A stretch of 63,772 bases of DNA, filler included, from Globobulimina sp. (taxonomy: Eukaryota), in the NCBI GenBank assembly GCA_003354225.1. It is 31 parts of 31 records of this genome, joined end to end, with 100 filler letters (N's around TTAATTAATTAA, not from the genome) between each part and the next. Parts side by side here need not be neighbours in the genome. Positions count along the whole stretch, not along the records: positions 12,372 to 14,332 come from PIVH01010177.1; positions 14,433 to 16,393 come from PIVH01010178.1; positions 16,494 to 18,454 come from PIVH01010179.1; positions 18,555 to 20,515 come from PIVH01010180.1; positions 20,616 to 22,576 come from PIVH01010181.1; positions 22,677 to 24,637 come from PIVH01010182.1; 25 more parts are not named here. One strand, 5' to 3'. Every line of letters begins with the position of its first letter. The stretch's first letter is position 1. Below are positions 12,372 through 24,737 of the stretch, one piece after another. The position numbers were made by a program, and so were the translations under genes. The notes under the pieces were generated by a model that saw only the letters and a list, made by a program, of their open reading frames with translations, was not told the DNA's origin and made no database searches.

Positions 12372-14332
12372 TTATAATTCATATAATCGATATCACGGTT
12401 CAAATCGTGAGTCAACATCATATAATTCCTATAATTCATATTATCGAACTGGTGGTCGTCAAGTGAGTCAACGCCAAAATTATTCTAGATCTCCACCCAA
12501 AAGAAGATATAAAATGAAGAGAACGAATAACAACACAGTGACTGCCACAGATAATACACATGATAATAATACACAACCACGGAACAGTCCGCGTAGGCCA
12601 CCCAATGCATATAATGCCTACAATGCAGATGAATATCGCCAACAGCGAGCACCGCCACGCAATTACAATTACTCGCCACCACCAAAAAGAAGATATAATT
12701 ATAAAATGACGAGAACAAATCAATTATCGCCGCCGTATAAACATAACAATTTTCGGCAACAATCAAATAGAAAAACACAAAGAGAGAAACAAACGTATTC
12801 TAAAAATAACGAAAATGTGCATGTACACAATAATCGTTCAGCATTTGTATCCAATCAAGAATACAAAAACGAAAACAAAAAGACAAACAAAGAAGAAAAT
12901 AACCACAAAAAGACAAACCAATTTAAAGCAATTCACAATTACCAACCAAAAAAAAGTGAGTATGCTTTTTCAAAACAAGATAAAAATGAAGAAAAAAAAC
13001 AAGAAAATAACCAAAAACCATTTAGAACAATTAACAATTCTCAACAAGCAAAAAGTGAGCAAGAGACAAAGAGCAATTATGCTTTTGCGAAAGCAAAACA
13101 ACATAAACCTAAAGAGAATAAAGAAGGAAATTATGATATCGATACTATCGAAAAAAAAGAAGCAATGAATACGTTTACACCATCCGCTTCGTCCTCTGAT
13201 CATGACGGCAGTGACAATATTATTACGCCGTCGCCTGCCCAGGTCACACAACTGCCCAATTCCAATAAAACGAACACCGCCAAGCCGGCCAATGTTAATA
13301 ATAATGTAAACATGGAACCATTAAATGCCCAAATCGCGCGGATACAGCAACAATTATTATCCGCTCAGCAAAAAAAACAGCATCGATACAACACAAACAC
13401 ATTACAACAACAACAGCAACAAAGGCAAAATATTACACGTGCACAAACACGTAATATTTTACCTTCGTCTCCGACGCATGCACGTCGAGCTCCAGTTGTC
13501 GAACAATTGCAATATATCGCACCTGCGCATACAGCTCATGCTCACTTGCGACAAAAGCAAGCACAAAGACCGCAACAACAAAGACCGCAAAGACCTCCAC
13601 AGCCACAAAGACTACAAAGACCTCCACAACAACAACAAAGACAGCGGCCGCAACAACAGCAAAGACCGTATACTACACCTCGTCCTCGCGCAGCAGCAGC
13701 AGCACATTTACATTCTTCTGTGGACAACATGCAATTGCAAACATCTCATGATTACAATTATCAACAACCAAAAAACGTTAACATTAATAATGTGTATGAT
13801 GTGTCACAGTCAAATCAAGAAAACGTTAACGCAGAAATGTACAGACAATCGTATGTAGCTTTTAATCAAGCTCGAAAACAACAACTTTATGGTTACATGC
13901 AGCCATATCCACGGCCACCTGCTGTGGCACCCTATGCATTGCAACAACGGTATGGATCCGGATATGGTGCGGGTTCACATTATAATTTCCAAATACCTTT
14001 TGTTCAACAGCCAGATGCAAGACAGCAAGTTTATAATTATGGCGCTAGCGCTTATAATTATAATTATGCGCCAGCTTCGAATTCATTCAATATTCAGATT
14101 AATACAAATGCAATGCCGGCCATTCGGAATCCAAAATTACAAAAGAAAATCAAAAGGATTGTCAATGATTATGGACAAAAAGATGTTGATGCGATTAATG
14201 TGTGTTGGGAGTTTAATACATCGGGTGGCTGTAAAAGGGGACAACAATGCAAATGGAAACATGAATATTTTGCAAATATATGTTGGGATTTTAATTCATT
14301 TGTTGGATGTAAAAGAGGACAACAATGTAATT
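12372..14332 (+). CDS. Low-complexity Q/P/N/Y-rich protein with tandem CCCH zinc fingers, both ends truncated
   Basis: CWEFNTSGGCKRGQQCKWKH and CWDFNSFVGCKRGQQC; repeated YSxSPPKRRY motifs. Confidence 0.85.
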
Positions 14333-15220
14333 NNNNNNNNNNNNNNNNNNNNNNNNNNNNNNNNNNNNNNNNNNNNTTAATTAATTAANNNNNNNNNNNN
14401 NNNNNNNNNNNNNNNNNNNNNNNNNNNNNNNNGGCCAGGATGCGTTCAAGCGTCGCATGGCTCAATGGGTACAGTTTTTGTGTTATTTATTTGCTATTTG
14501 CCTCTTCAACGACGATGAAACATATTTGCGATCAATGCCCGAATCACCATCAATACCCGAAATTGCGTAATGGATAAATCGCCGAGATTATGCGAAATTG
14601 CGTGATCGATAATTGGTTTTGCCGCGATCGACAATGAGTTTTGTTAATTATTGGGCAATTGCCGCGATCGGCGAATTGACCCATTTGTATTGACCATGGT
14701 GGTCATTGTGATGATTTAATCCAAACATCAATTGATTACCAGAACAATCAATGAATGGACTGGGAACCTGGTCAGGAACCCATGGTTGCCGAGGACAGCA
14801 AAGAGAAGAAAGAGTTTTGTTTTTGATGAAAATAAAAGAAAACTCAAAGACTTAAATAAAGACTTTACATTTTCCTAAAAAAGGGAGTAATGTGGTAAAT
14901 TGACCATATTATAGCCCCCTAATGTAAGCCCCTTGAATTACAATTTAGTATTATAGCCTCAAGCTACTAACTACATCGTTTACTCATTATTTCAAGGAAT
15001 ACCATATCATAACCAACCAACATTTGGATAATTCAGACTTGTGTAATTTTGTTTGTGTTGTTTGAAGTTGTTTATGTTGTTTTTTTTGTAAACATTTTTG
15101 TTTGTCTTTAATGTTAGATTACTAGCTCACTTCGTGAAAATCGACAAATATCAGTTTCCAAAAATGCTCAATGAACGTTCAAACAAAACAACACAAAAAA
15201 AATATGCAAGTCTGAATTTA

Positions 15221-16393
15221 TCATTTTTTAATTTTTATGGCACCATTTATATACATAAACACATATAATATAAACTGCCCGACAGAACAACACCACCCGA
15301 AAGCAAATAAAAAAATAATCCTAGTATTTGTCCCTTTATACGCTTCTCTTGTTTCACCAGAAACGCATACTCCGCAATCAAATGATGTCCACAAAAAAAA
15401 GAATACCAAAAACATTCCAGAAATATTTTCTAAAAATTTTATAACATGATATTTCCACGAATATAGCATTGTTAATCCAATCATGTTTTTAATCCCTGAG
15501 CCAATGCTATATGCTGTACAGATCAATTGGCCATTCACCACTGCTGCCAACTTATTATTATTTTTAGTATTTTTATTTAATATATACAACAAATACACAT
15601 AACACATACATTCCAGCCAACAAATACCAAAATCAGCCACAAACTCACCCAAAAACCACCAATAACCACCCAAATCATCACAAATACAATGAATGATGCA
15701 ATAATTGACGCCATCCGATAACAAATACGTACCACATACCACAGATTATAACGACGATCTTTTGCTTTCTCTGTAACACATTCAAAGTCAACAATAGCGA
15801 CATACCGCCACGCTACGGATATTACACTGGCAACAATACTAAATACAATAAACGGATTTTCATCTCTCAATATTGCGTCATTGAATGAACGAACCCAAAA
15901 TACGGACTGTAATACCAATCCTGGCATCGACTCCAATATGCACTGAATTAATAACATCCGATCTTGCTCCGTTGTGGGAAATATCTCTTCTTTTTCACCG
16001 GATGGAGCCTCTTTAGATAGATCTACCTCGGAAATGTCATTCATTTCTTTGTTTTTTTGTTCTTCATATTCTTTTTTTGAAATTTGAGTGATAATTTCTA
16101 ACTTTTCATTGGTATCTATTCGATGATGTGATTCATGTTCTGATGACATTCGATACCATTCAGCAGTTTCTTTATCGACATAATATAATTTACCATCATC
16201 ATCGATTCGTTTCTCCCATGACGCTGGAATGTCAACTTGTGCCTCTTCAGCTTTCTCTTCATCTTCTTTCTGAGCCACGGATTGCAATTCGTTCTCCATA
16301 TTGTCTTTAATCCCTTCGTTTTTCTCCATGATTTTGTATGATTCCATCAGTGAAATATAGGCTGTTTTGAATGGATAGATTTGAAATATAACC
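15221..16393 (-). CDS. XK-related membrane protein with a WW domain in a loop; intron 15551-15609; 5' truncated, 3' end uncertain
   Basis: IPASWEKRIDDDGKLYYVD (WW); ILESMPGLVLQ (XK-type ES-P-L-LQ motif); 59-nt phase-0 intron joins the two ORFs. Confidence 0.65.
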
Positions 16394-16805
16394 NNNNNNN
16401 NNNNNNNNNNNNNNNNNNNNNNNNNNNNNNNNNNNNNTTAATTAATTAANNNNNNNNNNNNNNNNNNNNNNNNNNNNNNNNNNNNNNNNNNNNATGGACA
16501 TTAATTATTTTCCAGAAAATTCGTGGTTTCGCAACAAATGTTATATACCTTTCCCAAGGCAGTTCGAAGGTGTGTCTGTTGAGAAACCATTTAACCATTT
16601 TTGTTTTTAAAGTGCGATGTTGCTATGGTTTGGCGAGATGACTAGTGTGGAAGTTGAGTTTTAAATTAAAGTGGGTTTTATTTTGAGATACTGCGAATTA
16701 GCGTCGCTTTGCATGGTGTTTATGTGAATAAATAGAGTCCAAATATCGTTACAAGTTGACAGTTCAGTTGTTATTGGATATTTAATTTGGATTTGATTTG
16801 AATAA

Positions 16806-17138
16806 ATGGGTCTTTTTCATCGTTTTCCGCCATTTTTGGTTGGAGCATTATGTGGTGGAGCAGTTTATGTGTATTATTATCAACATTTGCGGTTAAAATA
16901 TCATGCAATGCCTCAATCCATTTGGGATATAATGTATAAAGGAAATAAGAGACAAAAAATAGAAGAAACATCGAATAATTTTATCGGTCCATCGCAATCA
17001 GAGTTGTATGACATGGCATTGACTAAAAGGAAAAATCGAGAATATTATCGTGACTCTTTTATAATTGGATGGAATGATTCTGTTCGTTCTGTTCATTCAT
17101 ATTTGACTCGAAACATTTTTGGCGAGGAATTACAATGA
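16806..17138 (+). CDS. Small single-TM protein, possible MICOS Mic12/Mic13-like subunit
   Basis: N-terminal TM with GxxxG (VGALCGG); C-terminal RDSFIIGWNDSV with WN motif; 110 aa. Confidence 0.45.
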   Translation: MGLFHRFPPFLVGALCGGAVYVYYYQHLRLKYHAMPQSIWDIMYKGNKRQKIEETSNNFIGPSQSELYDMALTKRKNREYYRDSFIIGWNDSVRSVHSYLTRNIFGEELQ

Positions 17139-17493
17139 AATTCCAACGTTAACTGCTTCATTGTAAACTCTTTTCTCTGTTTACAAAAAATATACGTTCT
17201 ATTTTGCCTATAAACTCAATAGAACTGCACTCAAATAGAAAAGTTTAGAAGAAAGTTTTTTTGATTTTAATGCGGTTATTTTAGAGCTAGAAAATAAAAT
17301 ATTTCTGATTGATTCCCATGAATAATTAATAATAGTATATTATTCATAAATTTCGTTGTTTATTTGTCTGAAAAACTAAGATCCATTAAACAGTTCAGAA
17401 ATCCTCCGTAGCCAAAACTGCCGGACGATATGAAAATTGTTAGCGCCATTAAGTTTTTCGACGGTTTTTCTTGTGTAATAGTGAGGTTTAGCC

Positions 17494-18454
17494 ATGCAAG
17501 TGGACGCACAAAGCAGTTGTATCGGTTTCCTAGAACCATTTCTATATTCAAAAGACAGGCACAATTTATTAAACACATTGGTCGAAGACACAGAAGAAAG
17601 AATCTATTATGAATTGATTCAATTAGATAATGAAATTGAATATGTTTTAAAATCTGATGCCAACAATCAAGACAAAACAAACAAACTATTAAAGCAATTT
17701 GAGAATATAAGTTTAAAAATTAAAGAGAATAAATCCCTTAAAAATTCCTCAAAAATAAATAAGTTATTAACACGTAACGATTTACGATTCATTGAATACA
17801 ATGATAAGCGATCCAGAAAAGGCTGGAAAACAATGAAAGAGAAATTAAATTGGAAGCCATCCCATAAAAAACCGAAAAAAAAACGTTTGGCCCAATCTTT
17901 GGATGACATACAATATAAATCGGTGATAGATTGCTTGGGCGTTGATGACAAATTATTGGATCGCTTTAAACATTGCGTAAAACATTCGTCCTCATTTGCA
18001 TCCCATTTTGAATACAATTCGATAAATTATTTAATATCTGATGATAAAATCAAAATGTTAACACCATTTTTGATCTCACAAATATTATCCTGGGATTCTG
18101 CCATTTATATCGCTGAACATAAACTGTTCAAATTAATACAACTCGATTTTAAAAAAAATAAAATCTCCTTTGGCTCCAGAAATATTCACAACAAATTAAC
18201 CTTATCTCAATTAAATAAATTATACGATTTAAATATCGATTCCTTGCCTTCCAACCAATTGTTTTTAGAGCAAATTTTAAAAAAATCGCAGCCGAAATGT
18301 CTAATGCGATATCATTCATTTCATGAATGGGCCGCCAATGCGCCAAGAACACATAAAGTGAAATACAATGAAATAATTAAAAAATTCATCATCAAACATT
18401 TGCCATTATCGATTGATAAACATCAACGATATAAATGTGCATTGTTACATTATT
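17494..18454 (+). CDS. N-terminus of a large conserved hypothetical protein, truncated
   Basis: IGFLEPFLYSKDR...TEERIYY and FGSRNIHNKLTLSQL motifs; ORF open to contig end. Confidence 0.6.
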
Positions 18455-18554
18455 NNNNNNNNNNNNNNNNNNNNNNNNNNNNNNNNNNNNNNNNNNNNTT
18501 AATTAATTAANNNNNNNNNNNNNNNNNNNNNNNNNNNNNNNNNNNNNNNNNNNN

Positions 18555-20515
18555 ATTAACTTTTGCTCAAAATATTAGCAAGAATACGACCGCCGGCGTG
18601 GCAGACTTTATTAACCAAGAAGAGTTTGACAGATTTACTGGGTATTGGCTATCGCCAAATTATAATGATTTTGTATTAAATGATGTTGCATACAGAGAAT
18701 ATTCAATATTATATTTAGAAGCAGATAACTCCAATGTTCCTACCATTACTATACCGTCAATGGATGGCATTGAACAACATAAATGGCCTCGAGCCGGGGA
18801 AACAAACTGTTCGTTTAAAGTCAAGATGGTGACATTCAGTGTACCAAAGGCCTGCTGCGCCAACCTCAATAATGACAATAATGATTTAATTAATTTTGAA
18901 AACGTCAATAAAAGTAGTATCATTATTAATGACTATGAATTAAAGCAGTCGATCTATTCATCCTTTTCATGGATTGAATATATTGTCCGCGCCGGTTGGA
19001 CAGCGAGAAAAGGTGAGTGTTGGGTACAATATTTGGATCGCAAACAAATGAGAACTAATGTGGTGTTGTATAAATTTGATAAACATTTTGTGAGTTGTCG
19101 TGGTGGAGCAGGCAATGATGAGAATAAGACACAAGAGCCAGCTGCAGATGAGAATATATTATGTGGTGACGAGTTATTGCATTTATATGGTACGCCATGG
19201 ATTAATATTACAGACACTTATTCGTTTATGGCTGAGGGTTTAATTTGGTGTTCCGAACATACCGGATATAAACATTTATATTTTATTGCCTATCCCAGCA
19301 AAGAGAATGAACAGATTGATGGCATAGATTACAAATTTGGTGATATCGATCAAAGTGACGAGAAATTCGATGCAACGCAGGTTAATATGACATTTTTAAC
19401 ACCGCACAGTTGTAATGTACAAGTATTAACTAGCGGGAAATGGGAAGTTGAAGGGGAAGCAATTTGGTTTGATGATAAAACAAATACTGTCTATTTCCAA
19501 GGCAGAAGAGAAACACATTTAGAATCACATTTATATTCTGTACAATTTGATCCATTAAAAGCGCCAATGTCAGCTTATCAAATAAATAAATTGACAAAAG
19601 ATGGATATTTTCATAGTCCAAATGTAGATTCAATCAATTTTAAATTTTTTAGTTCCATTTATTCTTCAATATCCAGCACGAGACATTTTGCTATCTATTC
19701 AATTGATGGTCAATGTATTAAAGAGTTTGATATTCCACATCGTGGCGCACCTAATAAACTAAAATATGCATCCCCGCAAATTGTGAATATTGAGAATTTC
19801 CCGGCGACTGCAACTGAACAAGATAAATTAGATGAGGATTATAAGAATTTATATACGTTTTCAGCAGTAATCTATCCGCCATATCTCTATGCACTGGACA
19901 TGGATGCGGAGAAACGGGAAGGCGGATATCCGACAATTATATACGTGTATGGTGGTCCACTCGTGGGATCGTGTTACTGGCAATGCGCGTTGTCAATTAT
20001 GGAGGAGTTTAGGATATACAGTGGCGATTATGGATGGTCGTGGCTCCAATCATCGCGGATTAGCCTTTGAAGGGAGAGTCAAGTATAAAATGGGGCAGAT
20101 TGAGATTGAAGATCAAGTTAAATTGGTTCAATGTTTAGTTGACAGTGGTTGGACTGATCCGAGTAAAGTAGGTATCACAGGATATAGTTATGGCGGTTAT
20201 TTGTCATTGATGGCGTTATGTCAAAGACCGGATATATTTACGTGTTGTATAGCCGGCGCACCGGTTACTTTATGGCAATTATATGATACCGGATATACGG
20301 AAAGATATATGGGTACACCACAGGAAAATAAACATGGATATGAACACGGTTCTGTCTTGAAATATGTTAAACATTTCCCAAATGAGGAAGGCAGAGTTGT
20401 AATTATACATGGTTTAGGCGACGAAAATGTACATTTTTATCATACTTCAAAATTAATAAATGCGATGGTTAAAGCTGGGAAACCATATGAATTGAATGAA
20501 ATGCCAAGGGTAACT
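18555..20515 (+). CDS. Dipeptidyl peptidase IV family (S9B, DPP8/9-like), frameshifted near 19960, both ends truncated
   Basis: QEEFDRFTGYW, WPRAG, VYGGP, DGRGSNHRG, GYSYGG nucleophile, YDTGYTERYMG, HGLGDENVHF. Confidence 0.92.
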
Positions 20516-20772
20516 NNNNNNNNNNNNNNNNNNNNNNNNNNNNNNNNNNNNNNNNNNNNTTAATTAATTAANNNNNNNNNNNNNNNNNNNNNNNNNNNNN
20601 NNNNNNNNNNNNNNNTTTAAATTATAGTTATTATATTTTGCAAGTTTTATTGTTTAACTTATGATATCTCAAAATGGACTTACTCCTGGGTAAATACCTC
20701 CACAATATACATGATAGTTGAATTTACAGTAAATGTGGTATATATTGCAGGTATTTTACAGAGGAGATTTGC

Positions 20773-22005
20773 GTGGATGATATTGTCACATATTATTATG
20801 ACGGAATTGAAGGGATATCGGCGACAGTAAACTCCGTTTGGTACAGATTAAAATTGCAATTGTCTGATGACGATTTAATTGATTTGTACTGCACTGATAT
20901 GATTGCCTATGATTATTGTCATACTGATGCAGGTCGATTGAAAAAGGATAAATCGTTTACGTTTCCATATGTGGTCGATGAGAAAACGAACGAAATTTTT
21001 GAATGCAGGGAAACGATAATAAAAGATTTAACTGTCATTGGCTGTGAAATAAAATATGAATTCAATTTGAGAATAATGCACAAATATATTTCATTTGAGG
21101 ATGATTCCATTGAAATTGAGAATTTTTTACCTTCATCGACACGTAAAGGCTATGACGATGCTGCTTTTATTTATGATGGATTTATTGTGCGTATAAGGTA
21201 TGGTTTGGAAGATTTCTTGGAATCATTGCACAACAATGGATGGGATATTGTATTATTCACTGCTGCGGATGAGAGTATTTATGAAGGGTTAACTGCTAAA
21301 TTACATGAATATTTATGTGATATAATGGGCAGGGAATCAAGAGATAAAATATGGAAAAGAATATTATTCAGAAACGATTGCAGTTTTGACTATGACTCGA
21401 ATGGGAAATTATTTCATCATAAAGATATAACGAAATTTAATAAAGATTTATCAAGAGTTATTATTGTGGATAACACCAAATTGTCATATAAATCACTGGA
21501 ACCAAATGCTATTTTAATCGCGGATTATATGGGAAAACATAATGAACATAATATTAATGTGATTGATAATGAGCTGGATATTGTATTGAATAAATTGGAT
21601 GAAATTCTAGAAATCCAACAAGAAGCAGATAGGACAAACAAATATGTTGATTATAGATATGTATTAAGTGGTATTATAAACGTGCCAAATGACTTAAATC
21701 AATATGACAGACACACACCAAATGATATATTATTATCTACGCAAAGATTCTTAAATGATTTGAAGCAAAGTTTAATAAGAAGACAATTATTACCTGCACC
21801 ACGTCATAAACATGGCAAACATTCATATTCAATCAGTTTAAAATTACAGGATACCTCAGGATTTGATATCGCTTTTGAAATGAATAGTTTACCACCAATA
21901 AGCGACTCCGACTTAGCTCAATATGATCACGGTGGCGACGATGACATTTGTATACTGCTTTTTGGAATGATTATATTTGTGTATTACTTTAAGTCCATTA
22001 TTTAA
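20773..22005 (+). CDS. NIF/FCP1-like (CTD phosphatase-type HAD) domain protein; start uncertain
   Basis: VRIRYGLEDFL, IVLFTAA, LFRNDC, KDITKFNKDLSRVIIVDN. Confidence 0.75.
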   Translation: MDDIVTYYYDGIEGISATVNSVWYRLKLQLSDDDLIDLYCTDMIAYDYCHTDAGRLKKDKSFTFPYVVDEKTNEIFECRETIIKDLTVIGCEIKYEFNLRIMHKYISFEDDSIEIENFLPSSTRKGYDDAAFIYDGFIVRIRYGLEDFLESLHNNGWDIVLFTAADESIYEGLTAKLHEYLCDIMGRESRDKIWKRILFRNDCSFDYDSNGKLFHHKDITKFNKDLSRVIIVDNTKLSYKSLEPNAILIADYMGKHNEHNINVIDNELDIVLNKLDEILEIQQEADRTNKYVDYRYVLSGIINVPNDLNQYDRHTPNDILLSTQRFLNDLKQSLIRRQLLPAPRHKHGKHSYSISLKLQDTSGFDIAFEMNSLPPISDSDLAQYDHGGDDDICILLFGMIIFVYYFKSII

Positions 22006-22494
22006 ATGATATCGATATTGTATATATATAATTATTATGCATACATAATGAAATAGAATCAAATCTCTTTGCATTGTTGTTAAACAATTTGTTCATCCGA
22101 TTTTAAACAACTCCATTATTATTTTACCAATTATTCACGTTATTTTACATTTTTCTTTGTTTCTTTTTGTTCCGGCAATATTATCTTTATTTTTTTTGTT
22201 CCCTTTTCATCTTTGAATTATTAGGATTTAGCTCCGGCCGTGAATCCTTAACACAAAATTATGTCAATTATATAATATTAACACAAAATTGCTAGTTTAT
22301 TCACTAGTTGTCGGCAGTGTAGAGCAACGGCACTGCACATATTCAGCTAGCTACATAGTAATATTGAGGCTGGTAACGTGTTTCAGAAACAAAGTGTTTA
22401 ACGTTGAGGCGCCCTTCGATAATGACGGATGCTTGACTTGATTGGATATGATATGTGTTTTATATTAGTAATTCTTTATTGTCCAATAGACATT

Positions 22495-22576
22495 TTTGCT
22501 TTATCGTAAAAATCTGTTTTTAAACAGAAAAAATCAGTTTTTTCCCTTAGAAAATAGATTTTTACGATAAAGCAAA
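22495..22576. repeat. Short inverted repeat at contig end
   Basis: TTTGCTTTATCGTAAAAATCT ... AGATTTTTACGATAAAGCAAA. Confidence 0.8.
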
Positions 22577-22676
22577 NNNNNNNNNNNNNNNNNNNNNNNN
22601 NNNNNNNNNNNNNNNNNNNNTTAATTAATTAANNNNNNNNNNNNNNNNNNNNNNNNNNNNNNNNNNNNNNNNNNNN

Positions 22677-24324
22677 CGTCAATTGTTTTTTCTTTATTTC
22701 ATAGCAGTCATAACCTCCATGCCATATTAATCGACATTCAATGCAATACACATAATCACACTCTGCGCAAATGGCGCGGTAATAATCCAGCCAACAATCG
22801 TAGCAACATCTTACTTTCTCCCTTTCCAACAAATCCTGTGTAGAGCCGCTCAAATCCATTGCAAACGCATCTTGTTTGTGTTCGCTTTCATATTGCTTGC
22901 AATTGCTTGTTTTGATCAAATCGTCGCCAGAATCTTCGAGATTTTGCGATGTCGATGAAATGGAAAGATCTGAAAACCATTTTTTTGTTTTCTTGACCAT
23001 TTTTTTTTGTGGTGTATGGTCCGCAAATTCCTTTTCATCCTTTATCCATTTTTGCAGCATTTCAATGGACGCAGCAGATAATGGCAATTCATTCGAAGTA
23101 CATTCATCACAGAATATTTCGCCACAGATTGTGCCTGTTTTAACATAACGTCATGACACAAAATAAAAGCAATACATAGTAAACATACAGTGATGTCGCC
23201 TCACTATGAGTAACTTAAATTTTTTGCGACATTTTTTACATATTACTCGGGCGTCATCTGGCACCCATTTGAATGGCTTAACATTATCTCTCTGCCATTT
23301 GGATTGATAAAAGAATAACATGTCACATTTAGGACAATGTTCCCGTTCATTTGGCGAGATCGCACATAAAACATTGAACTTATCATAGACTGCGAGTGCT
23401 GTTTTGTCGTTGTCCAATGCATAGGAAACATCTTGAAACTCTAATAATTGCTCACAGCCATTCATAAAACAAGTCATTGGATATTTGGCAATATCCTTTA
23501 AATGAGCTTCGATGTAACCTTTAATGCATTGGTAGCAAATTAAATGTTTGCATCTTTTCAAAAAAATATAAGCATCATTGCTGGAGAGAGCAGTGAAGCA
23601 TATTGGACATGTATTTGTTGCTTTTTTTTGTTTGGGAATGACAGGCAACGCTGCAGCTGATATCGACGGTGGTTTTGGTTCTGATGTCTAAGGAACATAA
23701 AGTTATTTTGTTTGGGTATTAAGAGTTTAATTATATATTTATATAAACCTGAAGATTTTCGGGCTTTTTTGAATCATTTTCTTTGTCATTTTGACTGTCA
23801 AAACAACGGTATTCCAGTAAACATATTGAATCTCCGCTATATGGGAGATATACTGCCATTATGTAGCCATAGATGGTCGGACTGATTTTGATATGACCCA
23901 TTTCAGATTCATTTTGAAAACGAAATGATAATGTTTTTTTAGTCATATCTAGCAGCATATGAATGATATCGTTTTCATTAAAGACACAGCCGCAAGGACT
24001 TGAAATGCCGGATATGTGTTTAGTGCCCGATGATTGATAGGAATAATTTTTGGAATACGTGTTTTTTGAAAGATAAAAGCATTGATTGGAGGATTTAGCG
24101 AATGATTCATCGATACCAATTGCCATATAACCAGACGCATTGACAAGGATTTCAAATGTCCATTGATGAACACCTTTGCTATTATATGGTATTAACATTG
24201 AGCCATAACAGGTTGCGTTGGCTCTGGACAATGAGTTGGATGCGTTTGTAATGACAGGTCGCCGTATATTACTTGTGATTCTATAGATTCTATGATTACC
24301 ACCAGGTTCAAAGAAGGCAGCCAT
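22677..24324 (-). CDS. SPRY/B30.2-RING1-IBR(FYVE insert) RBR-type E3 ubiquitin ligase; introns 23688-23748 and 23135-23188; 3' truncated
   Basis: Three ORFs join in frame through 61- and 54-nt GT-AG introns; SPRY (WTFEI...MAIGID...IHMLLDM), RING1 (CPIC..CKHLICYQC..CFMNGC), FYVE (WVPDD..CKKC..RRHHCTICGEIFCDEC..RCCYDC), IBR end (CAEC..YCIEC..WHGGYDC). Confidence 0.82.
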
Positions 24325-24451
24325 CAAAGAATAAGTAGTGTTGTGACACTCTACAATTGCGGATTGGTTTTTTTGTATTGCTTTTTTTTGTCAAGATATA
24401 ATTGTCAGAAAACGTTGAGCTACAAAAAAGTGTTTGTTGGGTTAAGAGATA

Positions 24452-24637
24452 ATGGCAAGTCTTGAAGAAACAATCCATGACCAAATCCAAATCCAAGTTG
24501 AAGGTGATGCTTTTGATTTTGATAAATGGATCGAAGCCAACCATCTCGAACAGGCCAAGCAATTCTTTATAAAGCATGGCATGACCGATAGAGGTTCGAT
24601 ATCAATGAGTTGTCCTTCATTTATTAAATTAATATCA
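24452..24637 (+). CDS. SAM-like N-terminal fragment, truncated
   Basis: FDKWIEANHLEQAKQFFIKHGMTD. Confidence 0.5.
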
Positions 24638-24737
24638 NNNNNNNNNNNNNNNNNNNNNNNNNNNNNNNNNNNNNNNNNNNNTTAATTAATTAANNNNNNN
24701 NNNNNNNNNNNNNNNNNNNNNNNNNNNNNNNNNNNNN

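Noticed and set aside
19889-20070. Programmed ribosomal frameshift in the peptidase gene
   Set aside because: No slippery heptamer, and conserved residues are missing, which fits a deletion
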